DNA of 32,000 nt from an uncultured Campylobacter sp. GTDB taxonomy: Bacteria; Campylobacterota; Campylobacteria; Campylobacterales; Campylobacteraceae. Shown here piece by piece: positions 1 to 10,253 of this stretch. Both the position numbers and the translations under genes were made by a program. The notes under the pieces are model-generated. The model saw only the letters and a list, made by a program, of their open reading frames with translations. It ran no database searches and was not told the origin of the DNA. Location: NCBI RefSeq assembly GCF_938039205.1, contig NZ_CALHVM010000056.1, forward strand, positions 26,511 to 58,510, in the 5' to 3' direction. Every line of letters starts with the position of its first letter. Position 1 is the first letter of the stretch.

Positions 1-1
1 G

Positions 2-1102
2 CTTGAAGCCTTGCTTTTTGGAGCGATCATCTCCTCGACCGACGCTGCGGCGGTGTTTGCGATCCTTGGAGCGAAGGAAATTTTGCTAAAAAATAACATC
101 CGACCGCTTTTGGAGCTAGAATCTGGCTCAAACGATCCGATGGCGATTTTCCTCACTGTCACAATGATACAAATCATCGCCCTAAACACCGTCCCAGACG
201 CCTCTGACATCACTGTCGCACTCATCAAGCAGTTTTTACTCGGCGGGCTGATGGGCTATGTATTTGGCGTCGCGCTACCTGGGCTTTTTAACCGTCTAAG
301 GCTTGAGTACTGGGGACTATATCCTGTTTTTTCGATGGCTTGGGTGATGCTTTTGTACGTGCTAGCGGGCAAGGTCGGCGGCAACGGCTTTTTGGCTGTT
401 TATATCGCGGGTATGTTTATAAATAAAAAAGAGTTCGCGCATAAGAAAAATTTGATCGGTTTTCACGACGGTATCGCGTGGGCGATGCAGATCGTCATCT
501 TTTTGACGCTGGGACTTTTGGTAAATCCTTCTCAGCTGCCCGCCGTCGCGCTTGCGGGCACAGTGATCGCGTTTTGGATCATGTTTATCGCGCGTCCGGT
601 GGGCGTTTTCGCGTCGTTACTTTTTTCGCGTTACAACGTGAAAGAAAAGATGTTTATCTCGTGGGTCGGGCTTCGCGGCGTCGTTCCTATCGTACTTGCG
701 ACCTATCCGTTCGGGGCAAATTTGCCAAACTCGGAGCTGATTTTTAACACGATATTTTTCGTCGTGTTCGTCTCGATCATCATCCAAGGCATGACGCTAG
801 AAAAGGTCGCGCAAAAATGCGGCGTCAAAGAAGAAGTCGCGCCAAAAGAAGTCGAGATGTCAAATTTACCGATCTTTTACCACACTTTACGCCAGCACAC
901 CATACGCTTTGACGCCGAAGTCGTGGGTAAAAACCTAGTCGAGCTCGAGCTTCCTAGCGACTTTTTGGTGCTACTCATCAAGCGAAAGGGCGAATACATC
1001 AAACCTACCGGCTCATCGGTATTTGAGGATGGCGACTTGCTGCTCATTCAGTGCGAGGACGAAAACAAATACAACGAAACCTTAAAGACGTTTACGGCGT
1101 AA
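2..1102 (+). CDS. K+/H+ (cation:proton) antiporter, NhaP2/CPA1 type. This is the C-terminal ~365 aa; the 5' end lies outside the window.
   Basis: The open frame runs from the window edge. The TM-rich part carries LLFGAIISSTDAAAV and ELESGSNDP motifs typical of NhaP-type exchangers. It is followed by a soluble TrkA-C/RCK-C-like tail (VVGKNLVELELPSDFLVLLIKRKGEYIKPTGSSVFEDGDLLLI). Confidence 0.85.
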   Translation, partial: LEALLFGAIISSTDAAAVFAILGAKEILLKNNIRPLLELESGSNDPMAIFLTVTMIQIIALNTVPDASDITVALIKQFLLGGLMGYVFGVALPGLFNRLRLEYWGLYPVFSMAWVMLLYVLAGKVGGNGFLAVYIAGMFINKKEFAHKKNLIGFHDGIAWAMQIVIFLTLGLLVNPSQLPAVALAGTVIAFWIMFIARPVGVFASLLFSRYNVKEKMFISWVGLRGVVPIVLATYPFGANLPNSELIFNTIFFVVFVSIIIQGMTLEKVAQKCGVKEEVAPKEVEMSNLPIFYHTLRQHTIRFDAEVVGKNLVELELPSDFLVLLIKRKGEYIKPTGSSVFEDGDLLLIQCEDENKYNETLKTFTA

Positions 1103-1144
1103 ATTTGCCGCCGTTTGCGTAAAATTTAAAGAAAGGAAATAGAA

Positions 1145-1255
1145 ATGAAATTTGAGGAAATGACCTTATCTACATTTTCAAGCGCATTTCGTAGGATAAG
1201 AAATAAAAGAGGACTTAATAAAAATAAAGATAAAAACGTTAAAGAGGAAAAATAA
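1145..1255 (+). CDS. Possible 36-aa basic small ORF (MKFEEMTLSTFSSAFRRIRNKRGLNKNKDKNVKEEK)
   Basis: ATG is preceded by AAAGGAAATAGAA (SD-like). The ORF lies in an AT-rich stretch directly upstream of the poly-G gene. I recognise no homology. Confidence 0.2.
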   Translation: MKFEEMTLSTFSSAFRRIRNKRGLNKNKDKNVKEEK

Positions 1256-1257
1256 AA

Positions 1258-1718
1258 ATGAAGTTTGTCAATTTATTTTTAATAACCGCTTTAGGTATTA
1301 CATTTAGTTATGCAAAAGAAAAAGTCGATTGTAACGACCCGAAAAACACCCCTAGATATATTGGGGGGGGGTAATGATTGGCGGTAAAATGGAGTGCGAC
1401 GTTAATCGCGGCACTGCGGAGCGCGCCAAACGCGAGCTTGATATGACTATCGGCAGAAACCCAGTAACTGGTAAGGTAACGTCAAAGGCGGAGCTGGCGG
1501 GCGGTAATAAGGCTACGAATAACCTAGAAGCGGCGCAGATGAATTTCGGCAAAGCGGAGCAGGCGCTAAAAGACGCAGAAGAGGCTTACGAGGGCGACCG
1601 CAGCACTAAAAACTCTCGCCGCGTCGATAAGGCGCGTAAAGCGTTTAAGCAGGCGCAGCTAGACTTAGAGGCGGCGGAAGAGATAAAAGAAAAAGCCGAT
1701 AGGAAAAAGGACAAGTAG
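1258..1718 (+). CDS. Putative phase-variable secreted protein, currently split by a G9 tract. 1258-1374 is a 38-aa signal-peptide ORF and 1374-1718 is a 114-aa Lys/Glu/Ala-rich ORF in the next frame.
   Basis: MKFVNLFLITALGITFSYA looks like a Sec signal peptide. This ORF stops at TAA 1372-1374, and the A of that stop is the A of ATG 1374. With G10 or G7 both ORFs fuse into ~153 aa. SD AAAGAGGAAAA lies upstream of 1258. Confidence 0.5.
1363..1371 (+). repeat. Homopolymeric G9 tract (candidate slipped-strand phase-variation switch)
   Basis: Read directly: ...tatattGGGGGGGGGtaatgatt... It is the only G/C run longer than 6 that I saw in the window. Confidence 0.95.
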
Positions 1719-1749
1719 CCTGCTCAAATTTGAGTTTGGACGAGCCAAG

Positions 1750-1825
1750 GATCAAGAGGGAAGCCCTCTTGATCAAATTTAACAATCTAGCGCTTAACCC
1801 CAAGGCGGTGAAACCGCCGAAGGGG
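1750..1825. terminator. Two hairpins between convergent genes (the 1374-1718 ORF and metY)
   Basis: GATCAAGAGGG-aag-CCCTCTTGATC (1750-1774) is a perfect 11-bp stem. CCCCAAGGCGG-tgaaa-CCGCCGAAGGGG (1798-1825) is followed by TATATTT. Neither has a classic long U-tract. Confidence 0.5.
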
Positions 1826-1881
1826 TATATTTGAATTTAGCTTAAATTTAGCCGAATTTATCTTTCAAATTTAACTCTCTT

Positions 1882-3153
1882 TTACTCCAAAGCTTGCGCG
1901 AGATCGGCGATGAGGTCGTCTGCGTTTTCTAGACCGACGCTTATTCTGATTAGTTCTTTTGTTATGCCGGCTTTTATTAGCTCCTCGCTCGAGAGCTGCT
2001 GATGTGTAGTGGAGGCTGGGTGCGTGATGAGCGACTTTGAGTCACCGATATTTACGACGATTTTAAAGAGCTTTACCTTGCCCAGCATCTTTACGGCGCG
2101 CTCATAGCTATCGGTTTCAAAGCACATTAGCCCGCTAGCCATACCGTCTTTAAAGTATTTTTGCGCTTTTTCGTGCTCGGGATCGCTTTTTAGCGCAGGG
2201 TAGGTCACGCGCTTGACGTGTTTATGCGAGTTTAAAAACTCGGCGATCTTGCGCGCATTTTGCGAGTGCCTCTCGATACGAACGCTCAAAGTCTCAAGCC
2301 CCTGGATGAGCTGCCAAGAGTTAAAAGGCGAGATCGTAGCGCCTATATCGCGCACCAAAGCCACCCTCATGCGTAGCGTGTAGATGTCGAATTTGTCAGC
2401 CATCTGAGCGTAAACTAGCCCATGATAGCTCTCGTCGGGCTCGTTAAAGTGCATGTATCTGGCGTTGCCGACTAGCTTGGCGTTTAAATTTTTACTAGCG
2501 ACGACTGCGCCCGCTAGACTTAGGCCCTGGCCGCAGATATATTTGCTCGCGCTATGCACGACGACGTCGATGCCGTGATTTAGCGGCTGGAAAATGATCG
2601 GCGTAGGCACGGTGTTATCGGCTATCGTTACGACGCCGTGCTTGTCTGCTATCTCTACTATCTTTTTAAAATTCGGGATTGCGATTTGCGGATTTGATAG
2701 CGTTTCAAAAAATATCGCGCGCGTTTTGTCGTCTATCAAATTTTCAAGATCATCGGCGCTGTCGCTATCAAACACCCGCGCCTCGATGCCAAAACGCTTA
2801 AGCGTATGTATAAAAAGAACCATCGTTCCACCGTAAATTTTCTTTGCCACGACGATGTTGTCGCCGACTGCGGCTAAATTTGCGATCGAGTAGAAAATCG
2901 CCGACTGACCGCTGGCCGTCACGATAGAGGCCGAGCCCCCCTCGAGCGCGGCTATACGGCTCTCTAGTACGTCCGTCGTCGGGTTGCCCAGCCTCGTGTA
3001 GATGTGGCCCGGTTCTTCTAGCGCAAATCTCGCCGCAGCCATCTCGGCGCTACCAAAATCATAAGCCGTAGTCTGGTAAATCGGCACCGCCATGGCGCCC
3101 GGGCCCGTCTTGGTGTCGTAGCCGTAGTGCGTTGCAATCGTCTCTTTTTGCAT
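1882..3153 (-). CDS. metY: O-acetylhomoserine sulfhydrylase (aminocarboxypropyltransferase), PLP-dependent Cys/Met-metabolism family
   Basis: 423 aa with the typical family N-terminus (THYGYD..GAMAVPIYQTTAY.F), the YTRLGNPT motif and the PLP-lysine motif HSASKYICGQG. Confidence 0.85.
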   Translation of the reverse strand: MQKETIATHYGYDTKTGPGAMAVPIYQTTAYDFGSAEMAAARFALEEPGHIYTRLGNPTTDVLESRIAALEGGSASIVTASGQSAIFYSIANLAAVGDNIVVAKKIYGGTMVLFIHTLKRFGIEARVFDSDSADDLENLIDDKTRAIFFETLSNPQIAIPNFKKIVEIADKHGVVTIADNTVPTPIIFQPLNHGIDVVVHSASKYICGQGLSLAGAVVASKNLNAKLVGNARYMHFNEPDESYHGLVYAQMADKFDIYTLRMRVALVRDIGATISPFNSWQLIQGLETLSVRIERHSQNARKIAEFLNSHKHVKRVTYPALKSDPEHEKAQKYFKDGMASGLMCFETDSYERAVKMLGKVKLFKIVVNIGDSKSLITHPASTTHQQLSSEELIKAGITKELIRISVGLENADDLIADLAQALE

Positions 3154-3203
3154 TTTTTCTCCTTGTAAAATTTGCGCGCATTATAACCGCTAAAAGTTTA
3201 AAT

Positions 3204-3212
3204 TGGTATAAT
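3204..3212 (+). promoter_or_regulatory. Extended -10 element (TGgTATAAT) for the 3233 operon
   Basis: TGGTATAAT lies 21 nt upstream of ATG 3233, in the 79-bp divergent spacer shared with metY. Confidence 0.45.
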
Positions 3213-3232
3213 TGGGCTTTTGAAAGGAAAAA

Positions 3233-3565
3233 ATGGCTGAACAAAACGACAAATTTAAGCGCGTAAAATACCTACGCGGCCTGGAAAAATTCGCAAAAGC
3301 GGCGATTAGCGCGCTAAAAAGAGAGGATTTTAACGAGGATGAATTTCGCGCTAGGGTCGGCAAAAACGCTGAAATTTTACGTAAGATCGAGCCGGTTTTT
3401 TTAGATAACGCCTACTCGAAATCTCTTGAAAATTTCGTAAATTTGGTCGTAAAAGGCGGCGAGAGAGGCGAGCTAGTAGCCTGCGCTAACGCGCTAGAAA
3501 AGCTAAAAAACCAAAAAACCTATAAAAAAGAAAAACATCGAAAAAAATATAAGGACGAAGAGTGA
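3233..3565 (+). CDS. Hypothetical protein, 110 aa, Lys-rich C-terminus
   Basis: ORF with an AAAGGAAAAA RBS. Its stop overlaps the next start (GTGA), which suggests translational coupling. No family recognised. Confidence 0.5.
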   Translation: MAEQNDKFKRVKYLRGLEKFAKAAISALKREDFNEDEFRARVGKNAEILRKIEPVFLDNAYSKSLENFVNLVVKGGERGELVACANALEKLKNQKTYKKEKHRKKYKDEE

Positions 3566-4185
3566 AATGCGTGATATTTGACATGGACGGCACGCTCATA
3601 GATAGCGCAAGAGCGATCTGCGAGACGGTAAACGAGGTGCGGCGCGAGCTGGGGCTTGAGGGCGATCTCGCGGCCGAGTTTATCGTAAAGGCCATAAACG
3701 AGCCGGGGCGAAATTTGGGGCTTGACTTTTACGGTATCGATAAGCCTGATATGAAACTGCGGGATAACTTTGAAGCTAAATTTAAGAAAAACTACCGCGA
3801 ATACGCCGCTGCTTATGATGGCGTCGAGGGACTGCTAGCAGGGCTAAAAGATGCCGGGCATTTCGTCGCTCTAGCTAGCAATGCGCCGCGATATACTTTG
3901 GATGAAATTTTACAAAGAAGCGGGATATTTAAATTTTTTGATCTCATCGTCGGAGCGGACGAAAACGTACCTCAAAAACCAGATCCCGCGATGCTAAATT
4001 TGATATTAAAATCAGGCGAATTCGATAAAGCGATTTTTGTCGGAGATAGTAAAAAAGATGAGCTTGCCGCACGCAATGCGGATATGAGATATCTAAACGT
4101 TTGCTGGGGATTTGGTAGCCAAAGTCCAAGCTGCGATAATGTTTTTACGGTGGCTGAGGCAGCCCTATATATCGAGAAGTTATAA
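3562..4185 (+). CDS. HAD-superfamily hydrolase (phosphoglycolate-phosphatase-like)
   Basis: Motif I is FDMDGTLIDS. Motif III/IV is K...FVGDSKKDELAA. Length 207 aa. Confidence 0.8.
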   Translation: MKCVIFDMDGTLIDSARAICETVNEVRRELGLEGDLAAEFIVKAINEPGRNLGLDFYGIDKPDMKLRDNFEAKFKKNYREYAAAYDGVEGLLAGLKDAGHFVALASNAPRYTLDEILQRSGIFKFFDLIVGADENVPQKPDPAMLNLILKSGEFDKAIFVGDSKKDELAARNADMRYLNVCWGFGSQSPSCDNVFTVAEAALYIEKL

Positions 4186-4275
4186 AAATTTAGCGTATTA
4201 TAGTGTGTATGATTTTAAATAAGATTTTACAAAAAATAATATGTATTTTAAGATTTGCGAAAGGTTTTAAAATTT

Positions 4276-4533
4276 ATGGATTATGATATATTTTCTCAAA
4301 GTCCGAGAGAAAAATTCTTTGAAATTTTATTTAACGCGAACAAAAACTTAGTCGAAAACGAGCTTGAAAAAACCTTTGAAAAATTTATCGCGATGAGTGA
4401 ATTTTGCGAAAAAAACGGCTTTGACGAAATGGCGCAAAATTCGTTTATTTCTCAAAATCAAACCCTGATAAATGAGCGTCTAAACGACATTTATATCGGG
4501 CTTAGTGGGGATATTTTAAGTCAAAATGAGTAA
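4276..4533 (+). CDS. Hypothetical protein (~85 aa from ATG 4276; the ORF also opens at TTG 4255)
   Basis: The ORF overlaps the next gene's start (ATGAGTAA). No family recognised and the start is uncertain. Confidence 0.4.
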   Translation: MDYDIFSQSPREKFFEILFNANKNLVENELEKTFEKFIAMSEFCEKNGFDEMAQNSFISQNQTLINERLNDIYIGLSGDILSQNE

Positions 4534-4981
4534 AATAGCCGTTATATTTTCGTTGTTTTTATCGCTGGCTTTTGGCGCGGTAAATTTCGAGGAAGAGCAC
4601 CTTTTTGAGCTCAAAAAAGACGAGTGGGCGCGGGTTTTCGTCACTAAAAAAGGCACAGACGAGCGCGAGAGCTTCGACTTTCGCTGGACGCTTTTTGATA
4701 ACACGAACATCATCGTGCATTCGCGCTACCGAAACTATCCTCGTCAGCTTGTTATGTCGCTAAGGCGCGGCCTTGAGACTTACAAGCAGACTTTGATACC
4801 TGACCTCAAGTATCCGCCTAGCGACCGCGTCGCGCTTTATCTCGTTTTTGAGGATTTTAAGCAAGGCGTAGCGAAATTTCGCGTGCTGATAAACGACGAC
4901 GAACAGCGCGTAGACGTGGAGTTTTTGAACCCGCCAAGAAAGCAGAGCGGCGCTCAAAATAGCGCGCAAAACGCCAGATAA
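4526..4981 (+). CDS. Hypothetical exported protein, 151 aa
   Basis: N-terminal signal peptide MSKIAVIFSLFLSLAFGA. No family recognised. Confidence 0.55.
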   Translation: MSKIAVIFSLFLSLAFGAVNFEEEHLFELKKDEWARVFVTKKGTDERESFDFRWTLFDNTNIIVHSRYRNYPRQLVMSLRRGLETYKQTLIPDLKYPPSDRVALYLVFEDFKQGVAKFRVLINDDEQRVDVEFLNPPRKQSGAQNSAQNAR

Positions 4982-5003
4982 AAGCAAAATTAAGTGAGCC
5001 TAA

Positions 5004-5897
5004 ATGGAAAAAATAGATCTGATAATGAAAAATTTTATCGCGGAGCTTGGCTACGAGCCTGCAAACGCGATGTTTGCACGGATAAATTCGGGCAAAAAGC
5101 TGCGCTCTAAGCTACTTTTAAAAATAGCGGGAGAAAGCGAGCAAAGCCTAAAAATTTGCGCGATTATAGAGCTTATTCACCTAGCTAGTTTGCTTCACGA
5201 CGACGTGATAGATGATGCGGGCACCAGGCGCGGAAGCCCTAGTATAAACGCGAGTTTCGGCACCAAAAACGCCGTTATGCTGGGCGATATCCTCTACTCG
5301 AAGGGCTTTTACGAGCTGTCTAAATTTCCGCACGAGATCGCGGGCGAGATATCGTGCGCGGTTAGTAAGCTAAGCATAGGCGAGATGATGGACGTGGATA
5401 TCTCGGCTAAATTTAACGAAGACAAGTCTGCATACGAAACGATGATCTACTACAAAACCGCCGTTTTGATTGAGGCTACTGCCGCGGTCGGTGCGATGCT
5501 GGCTGGGCTTGACTCGCGTAATTTTAAAATTTACGGCAAAAACCTAGGCCTAGCCTTTCAGATAATCGACGACATCCTAGACGTCACGCAAGACGCCGCG
5601 ACGCTTGGGAAGCCGAATTTTAGCGACTTTAAAGAGGGTAAAACGACGCTACCTTACATTTATCTTTACGAAAGCTTAAACGAAGCGGACAAAGATAAGC
5701 TAAAAAGCCTATTTAAAAAGGATCTGAGTGAGGCCGAGCGAGGCTGGGTGAGGGCGAAGATGAACGAAACGGGCGCTATAAAAAAAAGCATAGAAGCGGC
5801 GAAAAATTTAGGCGAGCAGGCGATAAAATCGGTAGAGAAATTTAACGTAGACGGCCTAGAAAGTATCGTAAAATCAATGATAGATAGGGAATTTTAA
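5004..5897 (+). CDS. ispB: Polyprenyl (octaprenyl)-diphosphate synthase
   Basis: Both Asp-rich motifs of trans-prenyltransferases are present (LLHDDVIDD and FQIIDDILD). Length 297 aa. Confidence 0.85.
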   Translation: MEKIDLIMKNFIAELGYEPANAMFARINSGKKLRSKLLLKIAGESEQSLKICAIIELIHLASLLHDDVIDDAGTRRGSPSINASFGTKNAVMLGDILYSKGFYELSKFPHEIAGEISCAVSKLSIGEMMDVDISAKFNEDKSAYETMIYYKTAVLIEATAAVGAMLAGLDSRNFKIYGKNLGLAFQIIDDILDVTQDAATLGKPNFSDFKEGKTTLPYIYLYESLNEADKDKLKSLFKKDLSEAERGWVRAKMNETGAIKKSIEAAKNLGEQAIKSVEKFNVDGLESIVKSMIDREF

Positions 5898-7189
5898 TGC
5901 ATTATGCAAGCGTGAGCTTTACGCACAAAAACACCGATATATCCGTGCGCGAAAAGCTCTCTTTTTCTAACATCGAGCGCAAAAACGAAATTTTACGCCT
6001 CATTAGCTCCAGTCAAAACATCAACGAATGTATGGTGCTAAGTACTTGCAACCGCGTCGAGATCATCGCTAGCGTAAAGACGGTCGAAGGCGCTAGCAAG
6101 CACATCATCGCCTGCATGTCGCTCATCTGCGGCATCCCTTTTGAGGAGCTGCAAAGCAGAGCCGACATCTACGAGGATAACGGCGCCGTGCATCATCTCT
6201 TTGCCGTAGCTAGTTCGCTAGATAGCCTTGTTATCGGCGAAACGCAGATCGCGGGACAGCTAAAAGAGGCTTATAAATTTGCCCGCGCTAACGGCAAATG
6301 CGGCGCAAAGCTAGGTAGAGCGATGGAGTTTGCCTTTAAATGCGCGGCAGAGGTGCGAAATAAAACCGAAATCTCCAAAAATCCGATCTCGGTCTCAAGC
6401 GTCGCGGTGGCTAAGGCAAAGGAGATTTTCGGCACATTAAACGGCATGGTCGCCGTGATCGTGGGTGCGGGAGAGATGGCGGAGCTAGCCGCAAAGCACC
6501 TGATCGCAAGCGGTGCGCGAACGATAATCGTCAGCCGAAACAAAGAACGCGCTAAAAATTTGGCCCTGACGCTGGGGGATAATAACGAATACGACGCACT
6601 TTCAAACGTAGCGCAGTACATAAATAAATATCAAATCATATTTTCCGCGACCGCCGCGCCGCATCCCGTTTTGATCGACGCGATGGTAGAGCCAAAGGAG
6701 TTTAAGCGCTACTTTTTTGATATAGCCGTGCCGCGCGATATCGCGATCACGCAGAGCGAAAATATCAAAATTTACGCCGTGGACGACTTGCAAGAGATCG
6801 TAAATAAAAATCTAGCCCTGCGCGAGGAACAGGCGCAGATCGCGTACGGCATCGTCGGGCGAAATACGGCGGCGTTTTTCCAAATGCTGCGCGAACTAGC
6901 AGTCACGCCGCTAATAAAAGGCATAAGAGAGCAGGCTAAAGAGTGCGCCCAGAGAGAACTCGCAAAAGCCCTAAAAAAGGGCTATCTAAAACATAGCGAC
7001 AAGGAGGAGGCGTACCGCCTCATACATCAGGTTTTTAAGGCGTTTTTGCACGCGCCGACGATAAATTTAAAAAACCTCGCGGGCGCTGCGGGAAGCGAAG
7101 CACAGCTAAGAGCTATCGGGGAAATTTTTAACGTCGCGGAGCAAACGCCGCAAGAAGAAAATAACGAATTTGAATGGGAGAACGAATGA
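5897..7189 (+). CDS. hemA: Glutamyl-tRNA reductase
   Basis: STCNRVEI active-site motif, [11 protein letters not shown] and the NADPH-binding [11 protein letters not shown]. The start overlaps the ispB stop (TAATG). Confidence 0.9.
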   Translation: MHYASVSFTHKNTDISVREKLSFSNIERKNEILRLISSSQNINECMVLSTCNRVEIIASVKTVEGASKHIIACMSLICGIPFEELQSRADIYEDNGAVHHLFAVASSLDSLVIGETQIAGQLKEAYKFARANGKCGAKLGRAMEFAFKCAAEVRNKTEISKNPISVSSVAVAKAKEIFGTLNGMVAVIVGAGEMAELAAKHLIASGARTIIVSRNKERAKNLALTLGDNNEYDALSNVAQYINKYQIIFSATAAPHPVLIDAMVEPKEFKRYFFDIAVPRDIAITQSENIKIYAVDDLQEIVNKNLALREEQAQIAYGIVGRNTAAFFQMLRELAVTPLIKGIREQAKECAQRELAKALKKGYLKHSDKEEAYRLIHQVFKAFLHAPTINLKNLAGAAGSEAQLRAIGEIFNVAEQTPQEENNEFEWENE

Positions 7190-8898
7190 AATTTAGCAAA
7201 CTTTACGCGCCGACGGCAAAAGAAGCGCCAAAAGACGCGAGTCTGGCAAGTCATAAATTTTTGCTCCGAGCGGGCTACGCCGAGCAGGTAGGTAGCGGAC
7301 TTTACAACTTTTTGCCGCTTGGCAAACGAGTTCTTGAAAATATAAAAAATATCGTCAAAGAGGAGCTTGACGAGGCGGGCGCGCAGGAGATATCGATGAG
7401 CTTCGTCACGTCTGCGGATCTTTGGCGCGAGAGCGGACGCTTTGACGTCTACGGCAAGGAGCTTTTGCGCTTTAAGGACCGCAAAGAAAACGACTTCGTA
7501 TTGAGTCCAACCAACGAAGAGAGCGTCGTCGCGCTCGTTCGAGGTAAAGTGACATCCTATAAGCAACTGCCGCTAAATTTGTATCAGATAAATACCAAAT
7601 TTAGAGACGAAGCAAGGCCGAGATTTGGACTGCTTAGAGGGCGTGAGTTTTTGATGAAGGACGGATATAGCTTTCACGCAAACGCCGAGGATCTGGACCG
7701 AGAATTTGACCTGATGGAGAAAACTTATAGCAAAATTTTTACTCGCCTTGGGTTAAATTTCCGCGCGGTTAGAGCCGATAGCGGCGCGATAGGCGGCAGC
7801 GGAAGTAAAGAGTTTATGGTGCTTGCAAATAGCGGCGAGGACGACATCATCGTCTGTGAAAACTGCGACTACGCCGCAAACATAGAGGCCGCAACCCGCG
7901 CAAAACGAACGACTAAGGCTGAGCAGCCAGAGGCCGACGCGGCTAAATTTTTAACTCCAAATGCCAAAACCATCAAAGATGTGGCGGAGTTTTTTAGAGT
8001 TGACGAGTTTTACTGCATAAAAGCGGTGATAAAAAAGGCGATTTTTATTGACGCCAAAGGCGAAAAGAGCGAGAAAATCGTAGTATTTTTCGTGCGCGGC
8101 GAGGATGAGCTACAAGAGGTCAAAGCCCAAAACGCATGCGGGGCGCTTGAGCTAGCGGACGCAACCGAGGCCGAGATCACGGCAGCCGGGCTTGTGGGCG
8201 GATTTTGCGGGCCGGTTGGGCTAAAGGGCGTGGAGTTTTATATCGACAAAGAGCTTGAAGGCGAATCGCAGATGATCTGCGGCGCAAACGAGCGAGATTA
8301 TCACTTCGTTGGCGTTAGCGTTAGCAGTTTTAACGCTGAGCGTTTCAAAGATCTAACCGCGGTCAAAGCGGGCGATAAATGCCCTTGCTGCGGCGGAAAT
8401 TTAAGCGTTAGTAAAGGTATCGAGGTTGGGCATATATTTAAGCTAGGCACCAAGTACTCTGAGCCGATGGGTGCGACGTTTTTGGACGAAAACGGCAAGG
8501 CAAAACCGTTTATCATGGGCTGCTACGGTATCGGCGTTAGCCGTCTGGTCGCCGTCGCCGTCGAGGCCAAGCACGACGAAAAAGGCATAATCTGGAACGA
8601 AACCCTAACTCCGTTTAAATTTGAAATCATCATCTCAAATTTAAAAGACGAAGAAGGCGTCAAATTTGCGCAGGAGCTTTACGAGAGCTTGCGCGCGGCT
8701 GGCGTTTCGGTGCTGCTTGACGATAGAAACGAGCGTTTTGGCGTCAAAATGAGCGAATTTGAGCTGATGGGTTTTCCTTATGCCGTGATCGTGGGCAAGG
8801 GGCTAGCAGAAGGCACGGTAGAGCTCGTCACGCGCGACGGGCTAACCAAAGAAACCGTCAAAGCGAGCGAAATTTTAGTGCGACTAAAGAGCTTATGA
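7186..8898 (+). CDS. proS: Proline--tRNA ligase
   Basis: Class II aaRS motifs ([26 protein letters not shown]). ATG 7186 ([10 protein letters not shown]) is preferred over 7174 because it forms an ATGA overlap with the hemA stop. Confidence 0.9.
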   Translation: MKFSKLYAPTAKEAPKDASLASHKFLLRAGYAEQVGSGLYNFLPLGKRVLENIKNIVKEELDEAGAQEISMSFVTSADLWRESGRFDVYGKELLRFKDRKENDFVLSPTNEESVVALVRGKVTSYKQLPLNLYQINTKFRDEARPRFGLLRGREFLMKDGYSFHANAEDLDREFDLMEKTYSKIFTRLGLNFRAVRADSGAIGGSGSKEFMVLANSGEDDIIVCENCDYAANIEAATRAKRTTKAEQPEADAAKFLTPNAKTIKDVAEFFRVDEFYCIKAVIKKAIFIDAKGEKSEKIVVFFVRGEDELQEVKAQNACGALELADATEAEITAAGLVGGFCGPVGLKGVEFYIDKELEGESQMICGANERDYHFVGVSVSSFNAERFKDLTAVKAGDKCPCCGGNLSVSKGIEVGHIFKLGTKYSEPMGATFLDENGKAKPFIMGCYGIGVSRLVAVAVEAKHDEKGIIWNETLTPFKFEIIISNLKDEEGVKFAQELYESLRAAGVSVLLDDRNERFGVKMSEFELMGFPYAVIVGKGLAEGTVELVTRDGLTKETVKASEILVRLKSL

Positions 8899-9332
8899 TA
8901 AAGCATTTTTTTACGCCCTACGTCATTTTGGAGATCGTAGCGGCGTATTTTTTTATCCACGCGTACGGATTTTTAAATTTGGTCTTTGAAGTCATCGCAT
9001 CGGCCGTTTTGGGACTATTTTTTATGTTTCGCGTCGGATTTTTTCAGCTCACGAGCAACATCGCATTTTTTAAGCCCGCAGACGTTTTTAGTAGCGTAGG
9101 TATGGCGATCGGGGGCTTTTTTATGTTTATCCCGGGGCTTATCACCGACGTTTTGGGCGCGGCGATCGTAGCGGTCGCATTTTTTGCAAATTTAAAAAAC
9201 GGCGGCGAGCGCAAAAGCGGGAGCGAATACTATTACGAAAAATTTGAAAGCGGACAGAGCAAACCGCGCGACGAGGGCGAGATCATCGACGTCGAAGTCG
9301 TAGAAGAAAAGAGGCAAATATGGAAAAACTAA
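8895..9332 (+). CDS. fxsA: FxsA-family cytoplasmic membrane protein
   Basis: Small TM protein with the FxsA-like motif [15 protein letters not shown] and an acidic/charged tail. ATGA overlap with the proS stop. Confidence 0.6.
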   Translation: MIKHFFTPYVILEIVAAYFFIHAYGFLNLVFEVIASAVLGLFFMFRVGFFQLTSNIAFFKPADVFSSVGMAIGGFFMFIPGLITDVLGAAIVAVAFFANLKNGGERKSGSEYYYEKFESGQSKPRDEGEIIDVEVVEEKRQIWKN

Positions 9333-10249
9333 AAATCGCAACGAGAAAAAGCGTGCTGGCTATGTGGCAGAGCGAGCATATCAGGGATAAAATTTTAGCC
9401 CGCTATCCGCAAATCGCGGTCGAGCTAACGGGCATGAAAACCAAAGGCGACGTGATCCTAGACACGCCGCTAGCAAAGATCGGTGGCAAGGGGCTTTTTA
9501 CGAAAGAGCTAGAAGACAGCATGCTAAGCGGAGAAACGCACATTGCCGTGCATAGTCTAAAAGACGTGCCCGTCGTTTTCCCAGAGGGGCTAGTGCTAGC
9601 CGCGATCTGCTCTCGCGAGGACGTGAGAGATGCGATGCTAAGCGAAAAATACGCTAAATTTGAGGATCTGCCGCAAGGTGCACGCGTGGGTACGACGAGC
9701 CTGCGCCGCAAGATGCAGCTTTTAGCGATGCGTCCCGATCTTGAGATAATATCGCTGCGAGGCAACGTCCAAACTCGTTTGCGCAAGCTAAAAGAGGGCG
9801 AATTTGACGCGATTATCCTAGCGATGGCGGGCGTGAACCGCTTAAATTTACGCTCCGAAGTCGCGCATATAGTGCCGTTTGAGCTAGATCAGATGGTGCC
9901 CGCGATGGGGCAGGGTGCGCTAGGTATCGAGGCTAGAGAGGACGCTGAAATTTTAAATTTGATAGAGTTTTTAAAGGATGAAAAAGCCGTGATAGAGACG
10001 ACCGTGGAGCGTGATTTCGTCGCGATACTAGAGGGCGGCTGCCAGGTACCTATCGGCGTAAATGCGAATTTAAACGGCGATAAGATCGAGATACGCGCCG
10101 TTGTCGGACTGCCAGACGGCAGCGAGAGCATACGTGAAAACATCGTCGCGCAAAAAAGCGAGTGGAAGAGCGTGGGCGCCGAGCTTGGTCGGATATTTAT
10201 CGGCAGGGGCGCAAAAGAGCTGCTAAAACGCGCCGAGGAGATGGCGTAG
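9320..10249 (+). CDS. hemC: Hydroxymethylbilane synthase (porphobilinogen deaminase)
   Basis: KIATRKS.LA.WQ N-terminus, HSLKDVP, GTSSLRR and the EGGCQVPIG cofactor-cysteine motif. Confidence 0.9.
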   Translation: MEKLKIATRKSVLAMWQSEHIRDKILARYPQIAVELTGMKTKGDVILDTPLAKIGGKGLFTKELEDSMLSGETHIAVHSLKDVPVVFPEGLVLAAICSREDVRDAMLSEKYAKFEDLPQGARVGTTSLRRKMQLLAMRPDLEIISLRGNVQTRLRKLKEGEFDAIILAMAGVNRLNLRSEVAHIVPFELDQMVPAMGQGALGIEAREDAEILNLIEFLKDEKAVIETTVERDFVAILEGGCQVPIGVNANLNGDKIEIRAVVGLPDGSESIRENIVAQKSEWKSVGAELGRIFIGRGAKELLKRAEEMA

Positions 10250-10253
10250 AGGC

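Noticed and set aside
478-747. 89-aa alternative-frame ORF inside the antiporter gene
   Set aside because: It is an off-frame, Arg-rich artefact. The antiporter frame has clear family motifs.
2936-2941. C6 run inside metY as a second phase-variable tract
   Set aside because: Only six bases, which is below the length at which slipped-strand switching is usually appreciable, and it lies in a housekeeping gene with an intact frame.
7027-7566. 179-aa minus-strand ORF across the hemA/proS junction
   Set aside because: It is antisense to two strongly supported housekeeping genes and has no motifs.
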